From Patescibacteria group bacterium (GTDB lineage: Bacteria; Patescibacteriota; Patescibacteriia; UBA2591; UBA6264): a DNA stretch of 64,000 nt. Every line of letters starts with the position of its first letter. The first letter of the stretch is position 1. Made by a program: the position numbers and the translations under genes. Positions 19,661 through 27,855 of this stretch are shown piece by piece. The notes beneath the pieces were generated by a model. That model did not search any database. It was not told the origin of the DNA and saw only the letters and a program-made list of their open reading frames with translations. Location: the NCBI GenBank assembly GCA_021735685.1, contig JAIPGN010000001.1:202678-266677 (forward strand), written 5' to 3'.

Positions 19661-20784
19661 CTTTTTATTTTTTTTAGTAATTTAATGGTTTTTTTAAAAA
19701 TTTTAGAAGGGAAAATTACGATTTGTGTTTTGAGGTTTTTTCTTTCCCCGAAGAAATATTTAAATGGTCTTTTAATAATAAATTCCCATAGATTGTATAT
19801 GCGCCAAAATAATTTATAATTCGTGGGTGAAAATTTTAATTTGTTAGATCTTTTTTTTATTATTTTCATCCAAATTATTTTTTTTTCTATTTTCGTCTCT
19901 ATATCTTTAATCGCTGTTGGAATAATTCTCACATTTTTTACCATGCTTTTGTTTTGAACGTCTATATCAATTAGGGCAACTCCACCATGCAATTGATCGT
20001 CGGTCCACAGTACCGGATCTTTCGCAATAACATCAGAGAAGGAGAAATTTCCTAAACTATATAATATATAACCATTTTTGTGTTTTTCTATTCCTTGCAA
20101 AGTGTGAGTGTGGTGTCCATAAATTATATTAGCGCCTGAATCTATTAATAAATGTGCTATATCTCGTTGTTGAGGTGTCGGGTAATGACTAAATTCTTTC
20201 CCCCAGTGAATAGACACTATAACCAAATTTTTCCCGTTATTGGACAGTTTTTTGATTCTTTCTGCTGTTTTTTTAGGTTCTGTTAAAAAATTAAGATACA
20301 TGTTGCCGTTTTTCGGTAGCGAAGGATGGGTGCCTGGAGTAGTATACGAGATTACTTTTATTGTTCTGTTTTTTAATCTTAGCTCAACTATTTTTTCCGC
20401 GTCTTTTTTCTTTAAACCAGCTCCTAGAAACAAGAAGCCATTAGAGTGCAGCCAATCTGTTGTTTTTATAAATCCTTCTTGTAGGTAATCAAATATATGA
20501 TTGTTGCCTATATTAACAATCTGCGGACGTAGGTGATTTAATAGTTTGGCGGTTTGTTGATTGGTATGCAGACTGGGTTCTTTTAGAGGGTTTTTATTTT
20601 TTGCTATTATAGGAGATTCTAGGTTTACAAGCAACAGATCAACCTTTTCTTGTCTTAGAAATTTTTTAATCCTGTAAAATGATTTTTGAGTTGGCTGAAA
20701 ATTTTTACTTATGCAATATTTATTATTTAAAGATATATCTCCTATAAGGGCTATCTTAAAAATTTCTTTATTTTTTTTTATCAT
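19645..20784 (-). CDS. CapA/PGA_cap family metallophosphoesterase-fold protein
   Basis: GDI, NLESP, GNNHIFDY, HWGKE, GHHTH, YSLGNF. Confidence 0.9.
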   Translation of the reverse strand: MIKKNKEIFKIALIGDISLNNKYCISKNFQPTQKSFYRIKKFLRQEKVDLLLVNLESPIIAKNKNPLKEPSLHTNQQTAKLLNHLRPQIVNIGNNHIFDYLQEGFIKTTDWLHSNGFLFLGAGLKKKDAEKIVELRLKNRTIKVISYTTPGTHPSLPKNGNMYLNFLTEPKKTAERIKKLSNNGKNLVIVSIHWGKEFSHYPTPQQRDIAHLLIDSGANIIYGHHTHTLQGIEKHKNGYILYSLGNFSFSDVIAKDPVLWTDDQLHGGVALIDIDVQNKSMVKNVRIIPTAIKDIETKIEKKIIWMKIIKKRSNKLKFSPTNYKLFWRIYNLWEFIIKRPFKYFFGERKNLKTQIVIFPSKIFKKTIKLLKKIKRWITK

Positions 20785-21551
20785 TTGGTTAATTCGGTAA
20801 AATATTTTTTAAAATTTTCACGATTGCTTTCTTCTAAAAGATGGTAGTGTAGCTTGTGTTTTGATCTGGATTGGTTTGAAAAGATTGAGTTTATCATATC
20901 AGCGTATTTTTTGATAGATGATTTTTTTAGCTTAGTTTTGGAATTTTGTTCGTAACTTGAAATAAATAGATCGGCCATTTTTTTTCTTTTTAGATAATGT
21001 CTCCGTTTCGAGAAAATATTAGAATAAGGTGGCGACACAAAGATGGCATTTACAAAACAGAAAATATCCCAATAGATTGGCCCATGATTTATGCCTTGTC
21101 CCACAACTGGCGTTATATCCCAATCTAATATTATTAAATTGTAGCTTAAATCGTATTGAAGATTGTTAAGATTAAAGTCGCCATGTAGAAATGCGCAAGG
21201 GTCTTCTTTATCTGTATCAAAAAAATTCGAGAATTCTATTGCATTTTTGCTTGAAAGTGTCAAATTCTTATGAATAACCCCCAAAGATCTTCCTGCCATT
21301 TTGATGAGTTTTTCCATCTCTCCTTGTTTTGAATTTAAGAGATTTGATAACGGCTTGATATTTTTAATATACGTTGTTATAAGTATTCCTTTTTCTTTGT
21401 CTATTAATATTGTTTTTGGAATTTTGAACATTCCGCATTCACGAGAGAGTTGATAGGCTTTCTCGGTTTTTATGCCCTCAAGCGAGATTTCTTTTGGCAA
21501 ACCGGTTTTTACAATAATCTTATTTTTAATATCTATAGATTTATTTGTCAT
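20781..21551 (-). CDS. APH/choline-kinase-like phosphotransferase
   Basis: LHGDFNLNN and ILDWD motifs. Confidence 0.75.
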   Translation of the reverse strand: MTNKSIDIKNKIIVKTGLPKEISLEGIKTEKAYQLSRECGMFKIPKTILIDKEKGILITTYIKNIKPLSNLLNSKQGEMEKLIKMAGRSLGVIHKNLTLSSKNAIEFSNFFDTDKEDPCAFLHGDFNLNNLQYDLSYNLIILDWDITPVVGQGINHGPIYWDIFCFVNAIFVSPPYSNIFSKRRHYLKRKKMADLFISSYEQNSKTKLKKSSIKKYADMINSIFSNQSRSKHKLHYHLLEESNRENFKKYFTELTK

Positions 21552-21563
21552 ACTTTAACGTTT

Positions 21564-22301
21564 TCATTGACTACATATAAAGATTACATTTCTACTGATA
21601 TATAGCAAAAATTTTAAATGAGAAAAGAAATATTCTATTTTCCGTATAGGGTTTATGGGGAGTATGGTTTTTTCTTTTATAATCGGCAATATTCCTATAT
21701 GATGAGTCTCTAATATTTTTAAGTCTGCTAAGGATAACATTTTTTTCACTTCGCCAATATTCATCGTATTTATCGTTTTTTGCCTTTTTAAAATTAAGTA
21801 ATAGAGGCGTATTATTATCGCAGAGGGGCTAAAGCGATTCATGTGAATATTAAAAACAATGAGACCGTTTGGTTTTAAAAGTTTTTTTAATTCAACTATG
21901 GTTTTATTTTTTAATTCTGGTTGCGCGTTGAGAAAAAAACGAAACGCCGTAATAAGGTCAAATTTTTCACAAAAAAGGGAATTTTCTTTGGTGAGATCAA
22001 TATTTAATAATTTAGTTTTTCTCAATTTTTTTTTCGCAACACTTAACATCTCCTGAGAGACATCAGCTCCGTAGGATATGTTTGTGTAAGGTTCAATCAA
22101 TTCGGTGATTCTGCCGGTACCGCAAGCAAAGTCTAAATAATCTATTTTTCTATTATTAAAATATTTACTTATTGTTTTTTTTAGTATTTTTTGCTCCCAT
22201 TTCCAAATCATTGATCTATAATTATATTCGGTAAAACTTTTAGCATATGACTTGCCTTTGCCGGGAGATTTATGAGATTCTCTATAATCAACGTTTTTCA
22301 T
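21564..22301 (-). CDS. Class I SAM-dependent methyltransferase
   Basis: LDFACGTGR, DVSQEML, FDLITAFRFFLN, LKPNG. Confidence 0.9.
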   Translation of the reverse strand: MKNVDYRESHKSPGKGKSYAKSFTEYNYRSMIWKWEQKILKKTISKYFNNRKIDYLDFACGTGRITELIEPYTNISYGADVSQEMLSVAKKKLRKTKLLNIDLTKENSLFCEKFDLITAFRFFLNAQPELKNKTIVELKKLLKPNGLIVFNIHMNRFSPSAIIIRLYYLILKRQKTINTMNIGEVKKMLSLADLKILETHHIGILPIIKEKTILPINPIRKIEYFFSHLKFLLYISRNVIFICSQ

Positions 22302-22312
22302 AATTTATTTTA

Positions 22313-23758
22313 TTATTTTTTTAAAAGCCTTTCCAGCAAAGCGAGAACAGAAAAATAGATAGCACCTGATATTAAAATAACTACAATAATATGGATATTG
22401 TATTTTGATATAGCCATGATGGTCAGATACATAAAGGCGCTGGCCAGGATGGAATTAATAGCACGAATTGTAATTTTTTTGGTGATCGGTTTAACTATGG
22501 TATGTCTTTTTACAGCCATAAAATAACAAAACAACATTATCAACATAGAAACAAGGGTGGAGGTTGCTGCGCCGTATAAGCTGTATTTTGGGATAAGCAC
22601 AAAGTTTAAAATAATATTTAGTGCCGCCCCTATTAAAGCTATCCAGAATACTTTGATTTGCTGATCTAAGATAATCAATATTTCGTTATATGATCTTATT
22701 ATTAAAAGTAAGCTCCCCATGGGGATTAAAATTTTTAATGCTAAAATGGATGGACTAAAACTTGATCCGTAAATCAAATTTATTATATCGGGAGCTAGGA
22801 CTATTCCTCCCATCGACAGAGGGATAGCCATTAGTATGGCTATGCTGGTTCTATAGTCACATAATCTTTGCAGGTTTTTGAGATTTTTTTTAGATTTGCT
22901 GATCGCTGGATAAAAGCTTTGAGCAACAAGAGCTCCTGGGATTAATGCCATATCAATTAATCTGTAAGAAGCGTTGTACCAGCCTACTTCTGTTACTTGT
23001 TTCCAAATCCCCATCATAACGGAATCTACCTGGGTATATATTTTACTAAATATTGTAAAAAGCCCAACTGGCCATGCCATTATGAAAAAATTTTTCCAAA
23101 TTTGGTGATCAAACTTAATTTTTAATTTTATGACTTTAAAATTAAAAAACAATAAAAAAGATATTAATGCGATAGCGCTGGCGACGAAATAGCCGCGGCT
23201 TAGATTTAGCGCAGAGGGAGATTTTATTATTGTGATAAATCCAAAACCCGTTATTAGTGCGGATTGGAATATTTTTATTAGAGCTTCATATTGCATTTTT
23301 TCTCTTGCGCGTAGAAATGTGCAAGTCAATATGACAATATTGTTGAATGCGGTATAGAGCATCAGAAACCATATCATTGTTCTAGTGCCAGAATCATCGG
23401 TCGCAAAAAGTGAGAATGCAATTGTAAAGATGATGACTGAAAGACTTAATATAAGTTTTAGGCTTATTATTGAAGAAAAATTTTTTTCTTTCCCTTTATC
23501 TTGAGATAGCTCGCGAGTAGTTATTTTTTCTAAACCGAAATCGGAAAAAACTGCAAATAGAGAAACAAAGGCAAGGGCAAAATTGAATCTCCCGTATTCC
23601 GTTGCTCCTAATATGCGAGCTACATAGATAATTAGTAAAAATTTGAACGCTTTGCTAATTATTTCTGAAAAAGCTAACCAAAAGGTGTTTTTAATAATAG
23701 TTTGTTTGGTGTTTTTATTTTTAAGTAGAAATGACCTAAGTATTGATTTTATGTGCAT
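22313..23758 (-). CDS. Wzx flippase
   Basis: IIKNTFWL, ARILG..YG, DFGL, VGWYN.SYRL, LIPKY.LYGAA; many TM segments. Confidence 0.92.
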   Translation of the reverse strand: MHIKSILRSFLLKNKNTKQTIIKNTFWLAFSEIISKAFKFLLIIYVARILGATEYGRFNFALAFVSLFAVFSDFGLEKITTRELSQDKGKEKNFSSIISLKLILSLSVIIFTIAFSLFATDDSGTRTMIWFLMLYTAFNNIVILTCTFLRAREKMQYEALIKIFQSALITGFGFITIIKSPSALNLSRGYFVASAIALISFLLFFNFKVIKLKIKFDHQIWKNFFIMAWPVGLFTIFSKIYTQVDSVMMGIWKQVTEVGWYNASYRLIDMALIPGALVAQSFYPAISKSKKNLKNLQRLCDYRTSIAILMAIPLSMGGIVLAPDIINLIYGSSFSPSILALKILIPMGSLLLIIRSYNEILIILDQQIKVFWIALIGAALNIILNFVLIPKYSLYGAATSTLVSMLIMLFCYFMAVKRHTIVKPITKKITIRAINSILASAFMYLTIMAISKYNIHIIVVILISGAIYFSVLALLERLLKK

Positions 23759-23761
23759 TTT

Positions 23762-24709
23762 TTAAGATTTTATGGATTCTTTGATCCATTTTACTGTTTT
23801 GTTAATTCCAATTTTTATGTCAATCAGCGGTTTGTATTTTATAAGTTTTTTTGCTTTTGATATATCAGCCAAAGAATGCTTTACATCACCATCTCTGTGT
23901 TTTTCGTAGACTGCTTCAATATTTTTAGAAAGTAATTGGTTGATATATTTTAATAAGTCATTCAAAGAAATTTTTTCCCCGCAGGCTATATTCATAACTT
24001 CTCCAGAAATATCTGAATGCATTGCCAAAATATTGGCATTAACTACATTGTCAACATAAGTAAAATCTCTTGATTGCTCTCCATCTCCATAAATTGTAGG
24101 TTGTCTATTGTCTAAGATAGATTTAATAAATATGGGTATTACTGCTGAGTATTCTGAATTTGGGTCTTGTTTTGGACCAAAAACATTAAAATATCTTAAG
24201 CAAATGGTTGGTAATTTATATAATTGAGCGAAAAGTTGACAATATCTTTCTCCCGCGAGTTTAGTTAGGGCATATGGAGATATTGGATTAATTGGATCAT
24301 TTTCTTGCTTGGGCAATTTTACAGAATCCCCGTATATAGAAGAAGATGAAGCATATACTAGTTTTTTAACATTCGCATCCCGAGCCGCAATTAGAACGTT
24401 TAATGTACCGTCTATATTTGCCTTATTACTTGCAAAGGGATTATTGATAGAGCGGGGGACAGAAGGAATAGCAGCTTCGTGAAACACAAAATCTATATTT
24501 TTAACAACTCCTTTAGTCGTTTTTGGATTACTAATATCTCCTTCAATTAGTTCGAAATTTTTGTTATTCAAGAATTCTTCGATATTTTCTTTTTTTCCTG
24601 TAGAAAAATTATCGACCACACGAACATAGTTGTTTGACTCTAATAATTTTTTTACAAGGTTGGAGCCAATAAATCCAGCTCCGCCCGTCACAAGGTATTT
24701 ATTTTTCAT
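23762..24709 (-). CDS. NAD-dependent sugar epimerase (WbpP-like)
   Basis: VTGGAGFIGS, ASSSSIYG, YALTK, RYFNVFGP.QDP.SEYSAVIP. Confidence 0.92.
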   Translation of the reverse strand: MKNKYLVTGGAGFIGSNLVKKLLESNNYVRVVDNFSTGKKENIEEFLNNKNFELIEGDISNPKTTKGVVKNIDFVFHEAAIPSVPRSINNPFASNKANIDGTLNVLIAARDANVKKLVYASSSSIYGDSVKLPKQENDPINPISPYALTKLAGERYCQLFAQLYKLPTICLRYFNVFGPKQDPNSEYSAVIPIFIKSILDNRQPTIYGDGEQSRDFTYVDNVVNANILAMHSDISGEVMNIACGEKISLNDLLKYINQLLSKNIEAVYEKHRDGDVKHSLADISKAKKLIKYKPLIDIKIGINKTVKWIKESIKS

Positions 24710-24742
24710 AATTAATTTTTAAGGTAATTTTTATAAAATTTT

Positions 24743-24853
24743 ATTGCTTTTGAGTTATCCCCAGTTCAGGGGTTGTTAATTTTTTAGGATGTGATATATT
24801 TATTCATGGAGCGACTGTATTTCTTCGGAATTACTTTCGCTCCATTTTTATTT
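24743..24853 (+). repeat. 111-bp direct repeat, copy 1 (DnaA-like box, promoter, hairpin)
   Basis: Nearly identical to 25908-26019 (one substitution and one T-run length difference). Confidence 0.95.
24806..24845 (+). ncRNA. Putative 40-nt hairpin RNA
   Basis: ATGGAGCGA/TCGCTCCAT stem, GTA/TAC, TTC-TTCG-GAA; starts 5 nt after TG-A-TATATT; followed by a T run. Confidence 0.5.
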
Positions 24854-25294
24854 CTCCAGTTTGGGGGTCGCACCTCCAAACTTTTTGTTTTTAAATTTTA
24901 ATTTTGGTTGTTTGACTAGCATTTTTTCCGCTTTTTTAAATATTTGCTTGACCCAGAGAATGTATTCTTGGTTTTGTTTTTGAGAGATAGTAGCGCCTCC
25001 CCCATAAAGCTCCCAATTTCTTTTGGATCGCATTTCGTTAGCTAAAATTTCTATTTCTGGATCTTGGAGAAAAATAGAAAGTTTTTTTATTAGTTCTATG
25101 TGATGGCCCCTTTTTGATTTCACCCTTAAGTCCTTGATGGCACAAATAGCGATAGCTAATTTTAGGAGAGCGTCATAAGAAAAACGGAAAGAAACTTCCG
25201 GGACATTGGAAGAAAAGGCTATTCTAAAATCTTTTTTAGCAGATTCATAGTAACGGTTTATTTGTTTTTCTGAAAATTTGAACTTTTCAAACAT
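24848..25294 (-). CDS. HEPN-domain protein (putative toxin)
   Basis: AKKDF..A, FSYDALLK, GHHIELI, EMRSKRNWELY (R-X-X-R-N-X3-Y); coupled to the MNT gene. Confidence 0.75.
   Translation of the reverse strand: MFEKFKFSEKQINRYYESAKKDFRIAFSSNVPEVSFRFSYDALLKLAIAICAIKDLRVKSKRGHHIELIKKLSIFLQDPEIEILANEMRSKRNWELYGGGATISQKQNQEYILWVKQIFKKAEKMLVKQPKLKFKNKKFGGATPKLEK
24858..24882. repeat. RAYT-type palindrome variant inside the HEPN 3' end
   Basis: AGTTTGGGGGTCGCACCTCCAAACT has the same arms as the GTTTGGAGG-N5-CCTCCAAAC copies at 61.4-62.0 kb. Confidence 0.75.
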
Positions 25295-25840
25295 TTAAAT
25301 AATTTTTATTATTTTTTGAGAAAAAACATTTTTAATAAAATCGTCCTTTTTTTCTTTTCTTTTTTTAAATTCTGCTGGCGAGAAATCAACAATATTTATT
25401 TCTCGGCCAATGTCTTTTTCTAGGGGTAGAACTATTCTTTTGGTAGCCAAAGAAGAGTGGTCGCCGATTAGAAGTAAATCAATGTCACTTTCCGCTTGCA
25501 AGTTATTTTTAGCGTAAGAGCCAAAAATATAGGCCTCTTTTAATTTTTTAATTTTTTGCAATTTATTTTTAAGATTTTCAACAACTCCGTAATTAGAATT
25601 ATAAATTCGTTTCAACTCTTCTAGAAGGGGATAGTCTTGGTTAAGAGAATAGTATTTTTGGTTACCGCGTTTTTCAGAAATTAAAATTTTTTCTTTTTCT
25701 AGTTCTTTTAATTTTCGAAAAAGATTCCCGACATCTAGATTTAATTTTTTGGCTAATTCATTAATATATTTTTCTTTTTGCGGGTTAAGAAAAAAATATC
25801 CTAAAATTTTTTTTGTAATGATTGAACGAAGTTTAAGCAT
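25295..25840 (-). CDS. HTH-fused minimal nucleotidyltransferase (MNT antitoxin)
   Basis: N-terminal wHTH (YINELAKKL), then IFGSYAK...ESDIDLLLIG. Confidence 0.88.
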   Translation of the reverse strand: MLKLRSIITKKILGYFFLNPQKEKYINELAKKLNLDVGNLFRKLKELEKEKILISEKRGNQKYYSLNQDYPLLEELKRIYNSNYGVVENLKNKLQKIKKLKEAYIFGSYAKNNLQAESDIDLLLIGDHSSLATKRIVLPLEKDIGREINIVDFSPAEFKKRKEKKDDFIKNVFSQKIIKII

Positions 25841-25849
25841 AAAAAATTG

Positions 25850-25901
25850 TTATTGTAATTATTTACAATAATTATTGTAAAACTTAACAATAAATTGTCA
25901 A
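25850..25901 (-). promoter_or_regulatory. MNT-HEPN promoter with two palindromic operators
   Basis: Minus strand TTGACA-16nt-TACAAT; two TTATTGTAA..ACAATAA imperfect palindromes overlap it. Confidence 0.6.
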
Positions 25902-25907
25902 TTATTA

Positions 25908-26019
25908 ATTGCTTTTAAGTTATCCCCAGTTCAGGGGTTGTTAATTTTTTAGGATGTGATATATTTATTCATGGAGCGACTGTATTTCTTCGGAATTACT
26001 TTCGCTCCATTTTTTATTT
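25908..26019 (+). repeat. 111-bp direct repeat, copy 2
   Basis: Matches 24743-24853. Confidence 0.95.
25971..26010 (+). ncRNA. Putative 40-nt hairpin RNA (identical to 24806-24845)
   Basis: Same sequence and promoter context as copy 1. Confidence 0.5.
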
Positions 26020-26043
26020 TTTAACAATAAGATTTTTTAAGGT

Positions 26044-26071
26044 GGAGGAGGCCATTTTTTTAGCCTCCTCC
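26044..26071. terminator. GC-rich hairpin, possible terminator
   Basis: GGAGGAGGC...GCCTCCTCC inverted repeat. Confidence 0.5.
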
Positions 26072-26347
26072 GCGTGCCATCGCATCTTAATGTTCGAACT
26101 GAAACTGAATTTTTCCCAAAGAGGTTTGTGTTTTTCTGCTTTTGTTAGATACATTTTGCAGACTAATGCTTTTTTGAGGATAAGTATCCCGAAGCTCGAC
26201 TAACGACGATTCTCTAGCATTTTCATTAATGGTCCACATTTCATTTTGATAATAAACATATATATCGTTTTTGTTCCCCCTTCCTCCTGATCATGTCAGG
26301 AGTTTTTTTGTCTGCGATGACTTTGTGTATAAAGAACAATGTGACTT

Positions 26348-26593
26348 TTACCAGTTTTTGATTTTCTTCTTGGTTTTTTCTTTAAGGTCGCGATAGACAT
26401 GACGAGTTTCTTCTTCTAGGTCTGGAGAAATTAAACGTAAAATTTCCGAGCCTAAGATTTTATAGCGTCCGCCAATCTTATTAGCTCGGATAATTCCTTT
26501 TTTAAGCCAGCGTTTAATTGTGCTTTTACTGATTTTTAAAAATTCTCTGGTTTCGCCGGTGGTGTAAATTTTATGTGGTTCTATTTTATCCAT
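26348..26593 (-). CDS. Excisionase-like HTH_17 DNA-binding protein
   Basis: YTTGETREFLKISKSTIKRWLKKG.I.A.KIG.RY.I. Confidence 0.85.
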   Translation of the reverse strand: MDKIEPHKIYTTGETREFLKISKSTIKRWLKKGIIRANKIGGRYKILGSEILRLISPDLEEETRHVYRDLKEKTKKKIKNW

Positions 26594-26600
26594 AGATATT

Positions 26601-27689
26601 TTATTTTATTTCTACACGCGTATAGCGAGAGTGAAGCAGTTTGGCTACGGCCATATAACTAGGTTTGAATTTAATATTATTGCCTACTTTCTTTTTTAAT
26701 CTTTCGTCTTTAGTTAAATTATGGCCTAGGTCATAAACACTCATATCAGAAGTGGTGCCAACTAGAGAGATATTCTTTTCAGCGGGTTGAAGTTCTTGAG
26801 CATCAACATCTAAGAGGCCGAAGTCTAGAATGGCTCGATAGGTTTGAATATTTTCTTTTTTAATTTTTGAGGTGTGGCCAACGCTGGCTTGACTGATTTG
26901 TCCTTGGGGTCGAGAGTCTTTCTTTTTCATTTCAATAATATTGGCTTGATACTTAAAAGCACTAATGTTTAGGTTTTTAAATTTTTTTCCAGTTAAAGGG
27001 TTAGTTCCCACAAAGGCCGATTCTCCGATCCGAAAATGATTAATATTGTTTGGTATTTTTCTTTTCACTAAAGGAAGGGTAATAGAACTTCCTCCAGAAA
27101 TATATTTAATTTTTTTATTAAATTTTGCTTCGAGTAATTGTTTGTATAAAGAAAGTTGAATCATTTTGTCGCGAGTTGGTTGAATGCCATACATGCAACC
27201 AAGGTTAGCTCCAATCCCTATAATCTTAATATGGGAAAGATTAAAGGTTTGTTGGTAAAAATTGATTAAATTTTTACCTAGAACGCCTTCTCTTAATTCT
27301 CCTAATTCTAGCATAATGATAATGCGATGAATTTTATTTTGTTTTTGAGCTTCTTGATTCAAAGCTTTAATCGTGGAAAGAGAGGTATTAAGAGAAATGT
27401 CAGCATATTTAATAACTTTGGGAACATCGCGCAAAGAAGGAGGTTTGATATAGAGAGTGCTTAGTTTAGGATTTATCTCTTTTATTCTTTTTAGATTACT
27501 TAGACGAGAGTCACCCAAAGAATGAAGTTTTTTCACGGCCGGATATTGGAGGAGTTTTTCTAGAATTTCTTGGTGACCGGATAATAGCTTAGTGACCAAA
27601 GTCCATTCTATTTCTTTTGGCTTTAGTATTTGGTCTATCTTCTCAATATTTTCAATTATTTTTTTAGTGTCGACAATTAGTTTACTCAT
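26601..27689 (-). CDS. Alanine/ornithine racemase family PLP enzyme (YhfX/Orr-like)
   Basis: LVTK, GDSRL.NL, ELGELREG, GANLGCMYG, SGGSS, RIGE. Confidence 0.88.
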   Translation of the reverse strand: MSKLIVDTKKIIENIEKIDQILKPKEIEWTLVTKLLSGHQEILEKLLQYPAVKKLHSLGDSRLSNLKRIKEINPKLSTLYIKPPSLRDVPKVIKYADISLNTSLSTIKALNQEAQKQNKIHRIIIMLELGELREGVLGKNLINFYQQTFNLSHIKIIGIGANLGCMYGIQPTRDKMIQLSLYKQLLEAKFNKKIKYISGGSSITLPLVKRKIPNNINHFRIGESAFVGTNPLTGKKFKNLNISAFKYQANIIEMKKKDSRPQGQISQASVGHTSKIKKENIQTYRAILDFGLLDVDAQELQPAEKNISLVGTTSDMSVYDLGHNLTKDERLKKKVGNNIKFKPSYMAVAKLLHSRYTRVEIK

Positions 27690-27855
27690 ATTCTTATTTT
27701 AATTCTTTGTTCATTAAGTGTCAATAGGTGTCAAGGGATTTGGGGGCGAAAAAGTAAATAAAGGGATGGTTAATATTTTTCTGTTGACGATAGAAGAGAA
27801 TTTATCTAAAATTAAAAAAGACAAACTTTTATTTATCTATTTATCTATTTTTTTT

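Noticed and set aside
24743-26019. Direct repeats as integron attC sites or IS ends
   Set aside because: No RYYYAAC/GTTRRRY core pair bounding a long imperfect palindrome, and no integrase or DDE transposase in the window.
27690-27855. T-box leader or N-terminal extension of ileS
   Set aside because: No T-box consensus or terminator is visible; the extension covers promoter sequence (TTGACG...TAAAAT).
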